A stretch of 60,244 bases of DNA from Negaprion brevirostris (taxonomy: Eukaryota). Made by a program: the position numbers and the translations under genes. The notes beneath the pieces are model-generated. The model ran no database searches and was not told the DNA's origin. It was given only the letters and a program-made list of their open reading frames with translations. The stretch covers positions 92,569,456 to 92,629,699 of the forward strand of contig JARDVH010000001.1 in NCBI GenBank assembly GCA_030324005.1, in the 5' to 3' direction. Within the stretch, counting starts at the first letter, position 1. Each line of letters opens with the position of its first letter. Positions 12,141 through 25,222 of this stretch are shown here, piece after piece.

Positions 12141-13154
12141 ATGGTTTTGTGCAAGGAGAAAGGATTAACTGATAACCGAATTAGGAAGGCACTCCAAGAT
12201 AGCAGTGATCAGATGAATATTATATTCAGCGTGAGGAAGAGAAGAGTGGATCTAAGACAAATATTTTAAACTTAAAGAAAGGCAATTATGAGGGCATGAA
12301 AGCAGATCTCCTGAAAGTGAAATGGCAATTTAGGTAAAAGGATAGGTCAATAGAGATGCAGCAGTGGTTAACATGTAAAAGTATATTTTATAATGCTCAG
12401 AATAGACCTATTCCAATGAGAAAGTAGTCCAAGAGGAGGACCCGCCATCTGTGGTTCACTAATAGAAGGGTGAAATGTAAAGAAAAACATGTTTTTGCAC
12501 AAAGAAATATAAAGACAGATTGTGGAATTTCTACAGAGAAAGAAAAGAGTAACAAAGTGTGCATTCATCTAATAGAAAAAGTAAACCTGGGAGTTCATAA
12601 TGTAAAATAAGGAGATGGTAGATGAATTCAACTGGTATTTTGTATCAGTCTTCACTATAGACGATACAAGTAACACCCGAGAAATGGCTGTAAATCAGGA
12701 ATTGGATTGGAAGGAATTCAAGTGAATTACAATCACCAGGGAAGTGGCACTTAGCAAATTGTAGGGGGTGCAATTTGATAAGTCCCCAGGTTCTGGTGGC
12801 TTTCATCCTAGGATCTTAAAGAAGTGATGAGATAGACAGTTGTTGCGCTAGTTTTAATTTTCTAATATTCACCGGCTTTGGGAAGTTTCCACTTCATTGG
12901 AAAATAGCCAATGTAATTCCTTTATTCAAAAAAGGAGGGGTGTTAGAAAGCAGGAAACTATACGATTTTAATTAGCTTAAAATCTGCTATAGCGAAGATG
13001 TTAGAAGCCATTATCAAAGATGTTATAATAGGGTGCTTAGCTAATTTAATCAGGCAGAGTCAACATGGCTTTGTTACAGAGAAATCATGTTAACTAATTT
13101 GTTGGAGTTCTTTGAAGAAATAATAGGCGCTGTGGATAAACGCTACCCAACATC

Positions 13155-13277
13155 CTAGTGTCAGAGGGATTAGCAGGGTAAATGAGGGTTATGTGAGTAG
13201 GGTCTGGGTGGGATCGTGGTCGGTACAGACAAGATGGGACAAATGGTTTCCTTCTGTACTGTAGGGGGTTCTAGGAT
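13155..13277 (+). mobile_element. HE1-like SINE 3' fragment
   Basis: tagtgtcagagggattagcagggtaaat...tgggtgggatcgtggtcggtacagac...ccttctgtactgtaggg matches the tail of 24924-25222. Confidence 0.8.
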
Positions 13278-15278
13278 TTGTCCCTGCAGGTTCTTACTAT
13301 TCACATCTTCCAGGAAGGTGCAATGGGCAGAACTGTGGACCTCGGCATAGCTACTTGTCAATGCTGACCCCTCAAATGGTAATTTAACATTTGACCTTTA
13401 GGTTGTGAGTCAAGTGCTCAACTGGTTGAGATAGTGGGTTGTCTCTGTACAAGCCCTTTTACTCTACAGGGATTAGGCCACTTTATGCATTCGCATTGTC
13501 TGATGTCTTATTTACAATGTCATTGGTTTCTTTAGAGAATCTGTTACAAAGTCAGTCTGCTCTTTTGAAGCTCTTCAGCCTGGCACTGAAGGACACCATG
13601 AGCTGCCAGCAGCTTTGATGACTAAGAGTAAAATGTTTTCCCATTCATACCACGGGGGTTTTACCAACCCAACTACTTCAAAGATACAAGTAGTTTTAAA
13701 AGAGGTCATAATGTTATAACCAAAATGTCAGGGTGAATCAACACTGAGGTATAATCCCTGACTAGAACTGCAAAAAAAACGTTTAGTGTTACAAAGTTTA
13801 CCAAGTCATCGCGCTCTCAGGTTTCCATGACAATTAAGAGCCAAGGTTGACAGAGAAAACTTACAGGGGCTCAACAGCTGGCTTATGCTAGCAGAGCCAA
13901 GAGATTAAAATCCACCTCACAGAACACAGCCAAGCAACTTCCCTCGCATCTGCGTAAATTATCATCGCAGTCTTCCTAGTGTTGAAACCAGCAACAGTTA
14001 TCATGGCAGCTCCTAAGATGAGTAATGGTTTTGATTTGACAAGGCGACAGTAACCGTAGCAACAGTAACTTGTGAAGCCTGCAAAGGCATTGTTGGATTC
14101 AATGCAGCAGAGGCCAGAGAGGCCAGAAAGAAAATGAAGCAAAGAACTATGGCATCTGACACATCTAGTGTCCTGCACTTTAATCATAGCTGGGAGAAAT
14201 TAATTCCGGAGGATTTTCGAGATGGTTCCCCGTGTCGCTCCAGCTTTTGTTATCGGCTGCAAAACCCTCAATCCTGCCAACCGCCAGACTCAAAGGAAAT
14301 ATTTTCTATTTCAGAAAACACTCTGTTAGAATGAAACATTTGTCTTCGGCCTTTTACAAATCGCTTATCTATTTCACTTGCATGATCATGTCATGTTAGC
14401 ATTAAAAGAAAAAGTAATTAAAATTTCATAAACAAAAGGACATTAATAAATTATTTGTGCTGGCGTTTCTTTAAAAGCTTTTGCTTCCCAAAGATGGCGA
14501 CTTGTGCCGGCACAATCTTCCACAGACCATGGCAACTCTATGGCAACTTGCCCAAATCATTATCCCTCAAATGTGCATCCGGAATATGAATTTTGGCAGA
14601 CTGTTGAATCATCAACAGCATCACCATCAAGTCAAATCCTGTCTCTGCCTGATGTCTGCCTTTGTGGATAGAGGGGCATTGGTAAGAGTCAGGAATAGGA
14701 AGCCTGGGGCAATACTCCAGCCACACTCGTGTGTGTGCAAATACCATTGTGGCTTGAGACTCCAGGGAGNNNNNNNNNNNNNNNNNNNNNNNNNNNNNNN
14801 NNNNNNNNNNNNNNNNNNNNNNNNNNNNNNNNNNNNNNNNNNNNNNNNNNNNNNNNNNNNNNNNNNNNNNNNNNNNNNNNNNNNNNNNNNNNNNNNNNNN
14901 NNNNNNNNNNNNNNNNNNNNNNNNNNNNNNNNNNNNNNNNNNNNNNNNNNNNNNNNNNNNNNNNNNNNNNNNNNNNNNNNNNNNNNNNNNNNNNNNNNNN
15001 NNNNNNNNNNNNNNNNNNNNNNNNNNNNNNNNNNNNNNNNNNNNNNNNNNNNNNNNNNNNNNNNNNNNNNNNNNNNNNNNNNNNNNNNNNNNNNNNNNNN
15101 NNNNNNNNNNNNNNNNNNNNNNNNNNNNNNNNNNNNNNNNNNNNNNNNNNNNNNNNNNNNNNNNNNNNNNNNNNNNNNNNNNNNNNNNNNNNNNNNNNNN
15201 NNNNNNNNNNNNNNNNNNNNNNNNNNNNNNNNNNNNNNNNNNNNNNNNNNNNNNNNNNNNNNNNNNNNNNNNNNNNNN

Positions 15279-15406
15279 AGGGATGGAGAGAGAGGGAGGA
15301 AGAGGGGGAGAAGAGGAAGGGGGGGGCGAAAGACAGGGTGAGAGAGAAGGAGGGAGAGAGAAGGACGGAGAGAGAGGGAGGGAGAGGGAAGGAGAGAGAT
15401 GGAGAG
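15279..15406. repeat. GA-rich low-complexity tract next to a ~510-N gap
   Basis: Almost pure purine run, read directly. Confidence 0.85.
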
Positions 15407-15439
15407 GCCATAACATGATTTGCATTGGGGAGCACTCAT

Positions 15440-16063
15440 TTTAAGATTCTCCCAGCCCCTGGCCAGCAACATAATCTGGTTCACACCCAGATTAACATAT
15501 CTGAATCTTTATTTAAATATGCAAATCTGTTTTAAACCAGATTCAGAGAACATAGAACATAGAAAACTACAGCACAAATTCACCCAGCTCCTGGAATTCA
15601 TTTCCCCACCGGTGCAATGTGAAGCTGGCAGGGATCACTATTGATCTGCACAAATGGAGACTAGCTGGAATGACCCACTTGGGGGCTGAGGCCATTGGAG
15701 CCCCTGGGTGATCAGGAACATGACTGGGCAGAGCCCAGCTGTCTGTGTCTGTCAGGCTGACACTGCAGGGTGCCAGGGACTGCCAGGTTGGCACTGCCAA
15801 CGGGGGCTGGGGGCTGATGGCAGTGTTGGGAAGCCCGATGTTGGATATTGAAGGCGGGGGTGAAGCTTTAACCTCATTTTGAGATTGGACTGCCCCTTTA
15901 GGCTCTGCCCCTCTCAATCATAGCACAAACCACCCATCCGAAAATAATGACTAAGTGAGGGAGGATTGTGATTGGGAAATCGCACCGACTGACCGAGTGG
16001 AATTGCACTGCATTTTCTACCCAAGATGGCACTTAAGTTATTTTTCTGTAAAATTGCACTCCC
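15440..16063 (-). mobile_element. Second copy of the 11597-12140 element, opposite orientation
   Basis: Reverse complement gggagtgcaattttacagaaaaaataacttaagtgccatct... and ctggtttaaaacagatttgcatatttaaataaagattcagatatgttaatctgg align with the first copy. Confidence 0.55.
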
Positions 16064-16217
16064 TGATTAATTTCTGCCCTCCCTAATAAAACAACAGTGA
16101 AGCTACTGCAGCCTGAGCAACAATCAGTTTTGAAAAGTTCACTTTGGGTGAAGAAAGCAACCAGACTTCCAATTCCAGAGTTTACAGTATAACCAGGATT
16201 ACGAAACCCAAAAAGGA

Positions 16218-16330
16218 AAGAGTCTTGCATTTTATTTAGCATTTTTCATGGCTAACTCGGCATACCCAGAGAACTGCAGCCAATTAAGTATGTCTTGGAC
16301 TGTAGTCAATGTTGTTAATGTAGGAAATGA
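16218..16330 (-). mobile_element. DeuSINE 3' fragment
   Basis: agtcttgcattttatttagcatttttcatg...cagccaattaagta...tgtagtcaatgttgttaatgtaggaaa resembles the reverse complement of the DeuSINE tail. Confidence 0.55.
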
Positions 16331-17971
16331 ATAGCACAAGACAAACAAAATAAATAATTGTTACATTAACCTAACTTTATAGTATTTTGAATGTGCTCCC
16401 TCTTCAAAGTCTCTTCTTGCACAAACTCTACAAGACTGAAGTCCAAATCTAAATTTGAAATCTGGTGACTAATGATTCATTCCTTCTGGCAGAGAAAGAA
16501 GTGGTCTGGCCCAGCTCTGTTAGTTATGAACATGCCTGATGGAATAACTCTGCTGTTAGTGGGACAGAAAAACAAACGGTGTTTTGCTTCTTAAAGTCTA
16601 AAACAATAAAAAGCAGAGTGTTGATCTTGCTCAGTCACTGCGCAGTCATTTTTGGATTCCTGCCCAAGCAGGGACTCATCAGCTGCACCTAATTTTTCTG
16701 ACAGCGCATGGTACAGGGATGAACATATTAGGTTCAGTGCACCATTCCATCACAGGGTGAGAAAGTCAGCAGAAGAAAATCTATTCCATTAGCCTGGGAA
16801 CCTCCAGCTCCATCCATCCTGAGCAGCACTGCTAACAGCCACGGAGAATTCCACTACCCAGACAGTACTTAGCCCTAGAATTAAGAAAGGAAGATGGTGC
16901 TGAAAGGGTCAGTTGCCTCTGCATGTTGTTTTTCTTCCAATTCAATCAGTGTATGTTCCAATCAGATAACTGCCGAACCCATTTCTGTGTTTGGGTCTCA
17001 CTTTTGTACATCACTGATGCATTATAAATTGACACATTTCCAGAAGAAGTCCATTCTTGCAAGCACTTGGCCATATCTATTTCATTGAATCCCAGCCTGT
17101 TTGTAATTGTCCCACCTGTCTCCCTTACTAGAAGTGCTTGGTTCTACGGGAATGCGTCCATGAGAGTGCCGAGATTCCCAAAAGGCAGAGTTTCCAGCGT
17201 ATCAGGTCAAACACTTGGTGCAATGCAACGCAGCTGAGCAGAAAACAACGATCACTGAACTGTGATCCAACAAGGCAAATTAAATAGTCAAAATCCATTT
17301 GCTTCAGAGGAGCAGCCAGCAGGCTGTGAACAATGTGCTTCCCAAGAGGTACGAGTTTTGGGCAGGACAGCATTGCTGTCAATGAAAAATCAAGTCACTA
17401 TAAATATGGCCGACCTTCACTGCACTCATGGGTTGTGCCTTAAGGTAGCTAGTTAAACAAAAGTGGTGGGACAGCTCATTCATACACTCACTGGTGTGCT
17501 GTGGTCAATGAACAGTGTATCCACACAGGAGGATACTGAGACTAAGCATTTCAGAACGAGGATGGGGATGGAGGGGTGGTGGGGTGATACTATTGCACAC
17601 AAGCTAATCCCATTGAGAAAAGCATTGAAGGAGGTTACCTGCCCAACAGCTGTGTGGAAGAATGTTGCATGTTTATGAATAGGGGCTGTTACTAAAGCAA
17701 AGTGAAAAAGAAATGGAAGCAAAACTAAACAAGGAAAGAAATGGCTTCAATTCTGATCTTTTTTTAATTAGCCACTTTCTAAGCAGGGCAACTGCGACCC
17801 AGCAGCGAAACAAAGAACACAACTTTTATTATTCAAGAAATATTTCAAAAAAATCAAATTGAAATGGAGAAATGAAACACAGAATATATGAAGCTTTTTC
17901 TCTTTAAAATGTAGTTTTCCTCCTCCACAACCCTCATAAACTCACACACGCACAAATAGATTTATATAGAT

Positions 17972-17991
17972 ACACACACACACACACACAC
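17972..17991. repeat. (AC)n microsatellite
   Basis: Read directly. Confidence 0.9.
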
Positions 17992-19552
17992 CTCTTGTTC
18001 CAAACAAATATCAAAAGAAAATGAATATATTTCCCCAGAGCTTCTCCGATTCCACTTAAATCAGTACTTAATCTCCTGTGGTCTTGTGTGGTTCAGCTCG
18101 AAGTATTTGGAAATATTAAATTAAAGAAATTACCACTGGGGCAAATAATCATGCTGAAAAATTACTTTCCTTTTACTCCATTACAGTACTACATTGTAAA
18201 TGTGAATGAGGTAGTACTCAACACCACTGCAGCCTGAACAAATCACTTACCAATAAAGCAAATTAATACCTACTCCCAATGCCCACAAATCAACAAGCTA
18301 ACCAACAGGTCAAATACAAACATAACACAGACATCCATTTAGTCAAATTACTTTTTTCCTTACATTCCTAAGTCACAATTCAGAAACTATTTCAATTATT
18401 CAATGTTTTAATCCACAAAATCTTCACAGTATTCTCCATTGTGGTGATTATTATTACATTACCCATTTCTTTTTTAAGTAGCTCTGAGGACAAGGCATAT
18501 GGTGCAGAATTTTCATCTGCGTTCTAAGTTGTCAGCAGTGTTGTGAAATACTGCTCCTTCATCTTCTCTTCCTCTAAAAATGGAGGGCTGAGTTGAATTA
18601 TTTTTACAAGTACCAACACATGTTTACCATGGGTCAGTTTGTTTTCAGTTACCAGGTTTGATGTACATCAGACTACTGCACACAGCCGAACAGAGTATTC
18701 AAAGCAATTGCACAATGGTGCACCGTGTGGATACATATGAATGCAGAGCCCTTAAATGAAGAATGTTAATGGAATTTTTGGTGAGAGCCAGAATGAGTAG
18801 TAAAGAAATATATGAGGTACCTTCAACTGCAATGGTAGTTATAACTGTTAAAAATATTGGCTTTTGTATTCATTCTGCAGTTGGATGATTATAAATATCT
18901 GTGTATCGTGTCTAAACCCAGACACAAAGACCCTCCTTCAGGGTTTTCTCAATTAGCCATAATAGCTCTGAAGGTCATGTTAAAATGATTTATTTTTCCT
19001 TTGGCATCCAGGCCACAGTCTCAGTTTGGAAGATTATGCTTGCTTCTGCTGTTTAGTGCATGGAACACCTAGTATCACTACTATACTCATTGCCAGCTCG
19101 ACACCACTTTGAAAGCCTAACACATGAAATTCTTAATGTAGGATCCTTGGATCCACCCCTTCTTATGCCACTGGCCTTGTTTGGCATTTGAGGAAGCTTG
19201 ATTCCCAAGAAGACTGAGTGGAATTCTGGTGAAAGATTAAGGTCCAGGCTTACCAGATCCCAGTCACTGATCCCTTTACTAATTCCTTTTCATGTGCAGC
19301 CAGATTTTTTTTTCAATGCATGGCGCATTTGAGTTTCTTTTGTGCGGTTTTTAAATGGAATGAGTCTTGCACAGTGCCTTCCAGGCTATTGCAGTGCTGC
19401 AAATACATGCAACTTAGTGGAAACATGGGCCCCAGCTTAAAGTTACAGCAGGAGTGCACTGGTAAGTCTGTACATTGGTCTATACATACAGAAACTTGCA
19501 AACACAGCTGTGACTATACTACACATAGATACATCCCAACTTGAACTTATGA

Positions 19553-19655
19553 ATGAGTGCACAGTGGTTAACACTGCTGCTTCACAGTACTAGGGTTCAA
19601 TCCTGGCCTTGGGTCACCATTTGTGTGGAATTTACACTTTCTCCGCATGTCTGTT
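19553..19655 (+). mobile_element. V-SINE 5' fragment (tRNA-derived head)
   Basis: gcacagtggttaacactgctgcttcacag...gggttcaatcctggccttgggtcacc...gtgtggaattt. Confidence 0.75.
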
Positions 19656-22559
19656 TGGAGTCACTTGCACCATTATTACAGCGCACAGTCTGCCCTTGGA
19701 GACTTACCAAAGTTAGTACTAGTCATAGCTCAGCAGGTACCTGGGATTTCAAAATGGCCGAATGGTGAGTAGTATAAATTGTGCTAATGATATTTGAACT
19801 GGCATCCTAGCCCTGCAAACACAGCTGTGACTATACTACTGTTACAGAACAAATACCTTGATCTAAGCCTGTGATGCTTCCAGCTTGCATAGCTCTCTAA
19901 GAGAAGCCACACAGCAGATAGTAAGAGTGACGAAAATTCCCTTGGTTGCTGTTAGTGACCAACTGTAACTAATCACACATTTTTCACATGTCCAGTTACT
20001 CATATTGTTCATCTGTGCCAAACAGACACAGAGGTAGCTACCAACTTGTAACTTATAGACTTTTCTTTGAATTGCATTAAACAGTCTGTTATATGGAGAC
20101 ATATCACTCCACTTCAAGTCACTTTCTACTGCACGTGCACAAAGGGATCAGGCTGTCAATCATCCCCAATCTGTAAATCAGAGATATTTTGACAAAGAAA
20201 TTAAATAACTCACTCGAGACAAGAACAGAGTGCCACAAAATGCTAATCATTCTTGGCATGCAGAGTACAACCTGAGCAAACATTTCTGGAGACTTTGATA
20301 GACGTGTTTCCTTAAAGAAAATAGATTACAATTTGTGTTGTGTTATCTAAGTTTCCTTTGGCACTGGTATAAGCAGCTTGTAAAGCAGTTCAGTTATTCT
20401 GAAAGAGTTTTATTTTGAGCAGCATTTCACACTATCGTAGATATTCAAGTTGCTGATTATCAGCATTATTATAATTTGCTATGTCACTTAAACTGTTGAA
20501 TGAAAATCCATTTTACACAAAGTTAAAGAGTAGAGTGTGCCACAGATGAAATACAAATTTAGTAACACTGCAAAGTCATTATTTGTAAAGGTTTACATTA
20601 GCGCNNNNNNNNNNNNNNNNNNNNNNNNNNNNNNNNNNNNNNNNNNNNNNNNNNNNNNNNNNNNNNNNNNNNNNNNNNNNNNNNNNNNNNNNNNNNNNNN
20701 NNNNNNNNNNNNNNNNNNNNNNNNNNNNNNNNNNNNNNNNNNNNNNNNNNNNNNNNNNNNNNNNNNNNNNNNNNNNNNNNNNNNNNNNNNNNNNNNNGTT
20801 CTGTTCAGCAATAACCTCAGGGCAACAGAAATCTACTTTTCAGTTTTCTTCTCTTCCTCACATTGAAATCTTCCATTTCCCTCACAATAGCAAAATCTTT
20901 GATAGCATAAGTTCACATGGGCTAATGTTAACAGATTGGTTTCTCGCTATACACATTCCTGATTGGTACTTTCCATTGATAATTGGGCGGGGTGTATAAT
21001 GGGTTGGGTGTATAATGAGCTGTGAGCAAATCTCCATCTGCTCAGGCCCAGCAAAGTGCTATAGAATGGATTGCAGCCTTATTAGACAAGTGATAGGACA
21101 ATAACAATTGCAGCCACAGTTCTCTAGTCTGCAATCCCATCAATACGGGCTTCGCTCTGGAGCGCAGCCTTACCGAATGTCCCCTTTTATGCACATTTTC
21201 TCTTTTGTACAATTCTAGAGAGGAAGACTCCTCCAATAGCTCAGCAGAGGTTGAACNNNNNNNNNNNNNNNNNNNNNNNNNNNNNNNNNNNNNNNNNNNN
21301 NNNNNNNNNNNNNNNNNNNNNNNNNNNNNNNNNNNNNNNNNNNNNNNNNNNNNNNNNNNNNNNNNNNNNNNNNNNNNNNNNNNNNNNNNNNNNNNNNNNN
21401 NNNNNNCAGAATATCGGCAATGGTGACTCCCACAGTCAAATAACTCATCAATGCTCAGTACCTAGACTTTTGCCTGAAAAGTCGCTACTTTGACAAGGTA
21501 ACAAACACGGACTGGCATCCGCAAAACTGTTCACCAACACCAACCAGCAGGTCGGGTAGTGAATGTTGCAGAGTGAATTCTTGTTGCAGGAAACCACAGT
21601 TAAGTCAGTTTCTGTCAATCTGAACCAAGTGGATTTCTTACTGGCCCCGCCTGCTGATAAGCTAGAAGTTCACATCGTATTTTCTAGCCACAGAATTGAC
21701 TACACGCTGATGTATGGAAATGTAACTGACCTCTTCTTGTGAAGATTGCCCTTTGACATCAGCTGAGCCAAAAATGAAAATTGAGCTCTGGACAAATACA
21801 AACCACAAGCAGCTTTTTAAAAATCATTTTTACTTTCACAGAATCCAAATAATCCTACAGGTTACCTGGTGTTCAGGCTCATTACTAATTCAGCTGCAAT
21901 ACAATTAAGGTCTAAGCACAGCACTGAAAAAGGAACAGCAGGATCCAAGATACTGACTTGTTAACAGAATCACTGTCGCTAGCAGTACATTACCATGCTG
22001 CACAAATATACAAGATGCATTGAATAATTCGGCAACAGCAATTTTGGCACAAAATAGCTGCATCTTGTGCAGGAACTAAGGTTGTGAATGGACCTCTTTC
22101 TTTCTGAGTTAAGNNNNNNNNNNGTTTTACTGCTACTAAAAAGTACACTAAACTAAAAAGAAACAGTACACTAAACACTAATATCCACTGGGAATAAAAT
22201 GATTCATACAAGCATTTACTGAAATATAACATACTATGCAGCAAGCTGTCTTAATGGAAATTCCCTTAGAGAGAGCCATAGCTTAAGTAGATAGAATGAT
22301 TTTTTTTACAGTGGGTTGCTGGCCTGAATAAAACATACAGCTGCAGAACTCAGTAGTTCAAAGTTTAAAATATCAATTGAAAATGTATAATTATTCCACT
22401 CAGCCAAGCAGTGCACTATTTTAGGATTGCCATTTGCAGTGGTCACATTTGAAGAGCAATTGGGAATTGTAATCAAAATGGTTTTATTAAATCTTGTTCA
22501 GACAAAGAGTTTCAAGCAATGATGCAAATACATCAGAGATGGTTCTGTACAATTTTCAG

Positions 22560-23210
22560 TAGTTTCTCATCCCTGGAATCATTCATGTAAACCTCTCCTG
22601 TATTTTCTCCCATATGTTCATGTATTTCCTAAAGTGTGATGCCCAGAGCTGGACACAATACTCTAGCTGAGGCCTAAATAGAGTCTTAAACAAGTTCAGC
22701 ATAACCTCTTTGCTCTTATACTTTATGCCCCTATTAATAAAGTCAGGGATACTGTATGCTTTTATTAACTGCTCTCATCTGTCCTGCAACCTTTAATGAC
22801 TTATATTCCTAGGTCTCTCTGCTCCTGCACAGTTGTAACTCCTTTAGAGTGTAACCCTTATTTGCTTAGCTCTTTCCATGTTCTTCCTACGAAAATGCAT
22901 CACCTCACACTTCTCCATTTCACCATTTTGTCTATGTACTTCTGAAGAACACTGTCCTCCTCAGTTTGCAATACTACAAGGTTTGTATCATTCGCAAACT
23001 TTGTAACTGCCCCCTGCACACCAAGATTGAGATCATTAAAATATATCAGGAAAAGCAAGGGTCCATACTGATCACTGGGCAAGTCCCTTACAAACCCTCC
23101 TTCAGCCTGAAAAGTATCCATTATTCACTGTTTCCTGTTACTCAACCAATGTTGGATCTTCTTTGAGACTCTCCCTTTTATTCCTTGAGCTATAAATTAT
23201 CTCACAAATC
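22560..23210 (-). mobile_element. CR1 LINE reverse transcriptase fragment
   Basis: ORF 22900-23121 contains GPLLFLIYFNDL...TKFANDTN, matching GPLLFxIYINDL...KFADDTK. tattgtgtccagctctgggcatca on the minus strand reads YCVQLWAS. Confidence 0.85.
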
Positions 23211-24642
23211 TAGACGAGGTTTGAACTCTCAATTCCTATCCAGAAACTATTCATCCACTACGACTCACAGTAGCATTTGGTCAGGTGAGCACACGTTCAA
23301 GCTCAAATGACAACCTTGCAACTAAGCTGCCTGCCAATTTTGACTGTCCAGGCTAACACACATGGTGAATGAGGTGAGGAGTTTCAGAGTGACAAGCACC
23401 AGTGGCCTCATACCCAGGCAAGGGGACAACACCGTTAGGAGAGAAATGAGGTCAAAATGGGAAGAAAACAGAGCAGAAAAAGTGAAGTCTCAGTACTGTT
23501 TACAATTAGAATCAAATTATTTATGCCACAACAAGATGTCTTTAACATCATTCCAAATGACTTTTCAGTAAATTGACGAACTGTTAAAAGCTGCATTGGT
23601 GTTGATCTAATAGTTACACTGATCTATATTATTTTCTAAGTATTTGAAGAAATCACAATCTACATCATGTTCACTGAAATTTTTCAGAATAGGGGATGGA
23701 TGGCAGTCTTTCAACAAAATGCGCATGTTATTATATTTCTACTTCAAGAAACACTAAGCTCCCCACAGAAAAGAAGAAATAGGCACTAAGGTGATCAGTT
23801 CTTTGAGTTTCACTTTTGAGTGGCAGCACCTGATAAAGTGAAACTCTGCACCCACAGTCCCTCTTCGTCAGAGGACTCCAGTTACTTTCAGTGCAATTAC
23901 TCAAGTTAAAATTAAAAGGAGGCCCCTCAGACATAAACCACTGTCATTTCACCACAGCTTGCAATGGCAACTAGACCAATCCAGCCGTAATTCACACTTT
24001 CTGCTAATATCCACCCATTAAGTAAATGATAAAGGTCTAAAAACCGAATACATCAGGATTTCTGCTAAGAAAGTGAAAGTAAAACGAACCACAGATTAGT
24101 TCTGAATCAAATCGCAGTTTCGGAACATTTGTTCCATTAGGCATAGAGAATTCCAAGTTAACCATAACTATGTGAAACCATACCAGACATGACCTTCATC
24201 CTGTACCTTTCTGAAACGGCTCACTTCTCAATGGTTTTAGAATTAACTGTTTTCCTTCTAAATTACCACCAGGACTGCATCTGTCTGCTTCAAAGTGCCT
24301 GAGGATAACTCGGAATTTAAGCTCTAACTTTGATTTATGATTTGTAAGAAAGCACAAAGCAAATTACAACTCTATCCTACTGGTTCTCTTAAAAAAATAG
24401 CTGTAAGGGATTCAGAAAAATTGTGACAATTAGTCAAAAATAAANNNNNNNNNNNNACAGCCATATAACAAAATATCTATAATTATATAGCCATTTGCAA
24501 TGTTAGGTTAGATTGAAGAGCAGGTTACCAAGAGTCAAGCTGTGCTGATGTGGTGCAATTGGTTCAGCAGTAGCCACATGGCTCTGAAATCATCCAGGTG
24601 TCTTTCTCATTGTCAAATTTGACAGGTTTAAGGATTACTCAC

Positions 24643-24714
24643 AGTCTGTAGAGCTTCGGCGTTCCCAGGAAAAGCAATTCTGGCAAGACTTGTAGATTGT
24701 TTCTATTCAGGCGG
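24643..24714 (-). CDS. SLIT2: Slit homolog 2, coding exon 4 (one LRR, 72 bp); gene continues beyond the left edge
   Basis: ctctctgcag acceptor and GTGAGT donor. Translates (L)RLNRNNLQVLPELLFLGTPKLYR(L). The LFLGTxKLYRL motif fits SLIT2 better than SLIT1 or SLIT3. Confidence 0.96.
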
Positions 24715-24923
24715 CTGCAGAGAGGCAGAAAGTAGAACGAGAAATAGTTGTGAGAAATCTGTTTCCGCAAAAAATCACTCTTCAAACACTCAAAATTTCT
24801 CTTCTCACTATGTTCATTCAATAAATGCTGTGTAATCTCCAGTATCTCAGCTAATTGCTATCCTTCATCCCTGAACCTGGAGCATAATGACAAAGCTTAC
24901 TAATCCCACACTCTCAGCAAAGG

Positions 24924-25222
24924 GCACTGCTGCCTCACAGTGCCACGTTCAATTCCAGCCTTGGGTCACTGTCTGTGTGGAGGTTGCACATTCTCCTTGT
25001 ATCTGAGTGGGTTTCCTCCGGGTGCTGTGGTTTCCTCCCGTAGTCTAAAGGTGTGCAAGTTAGATTGATCAGCCATACTTAATTTTGCCCCTTAGTGTCA
25101 GGGGGACTAGCAGGGTAAATGAGTGGGTTACAAGGATAGGGCCTGGGTGGGATTGTTGTTGGTGCAGGCTTGATGGGCTGAATGGCTTCCTTCTGCACTG
25201 TAGGGTTTCAATGATTCTATGA
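24924..25222 (+). mobile_element. HE1-like V-SINE
   Basis: gcactgctgcctcacag head, V-core, and tail gatgggctgaatggcttccttctgcactgtagggtttcaatgattctatga. Confidence 0.88.

Larger units (their letters stand above)
10585..13145 (+). mobile_element. Degenerate CR1 LINE ORF2 (APE endonuclease into RT), broken by later insertions
   Basis: ctgtatctgaatgcatgcagcatt = LYLNACSI; atggccattgcagagacacggctg = MAIAETRL; atggggaactttaat = MGNFN; aagtccccaggt = KSPG; tggaaaatagccaatgtaattcctttattcaaaaaagga = WKIANVIPLFKKG; agtcaacatggctttgtt = SQHGFV. Many stops and frameshifts. Confidence 0.85.

Noticed and set aside
14481-15484. Long ORFs of 229-295 aa on both strands
   Set aside because: They are long only because they read through a ~510-N gap and a GA-rich tract. 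The same applies to ORFs across the gaps at 20.6, 21.3, 33.5 and 42.1-42.5 kb.
19553-19612. tRNA gene candidates here and at other A/B-box sites
   Set aside because: They are tRNA-derived SINE heads running directly into SINE bodies, with no complete cloverleaf.
1-24642. miR-218, which is hosted in SLIT2/SLIT3 introns
   Set aside because: I did not see the mature sequence TTGTGCTTGATCTAACCATGT on either strand. It is expected in a much later intron outside this window.
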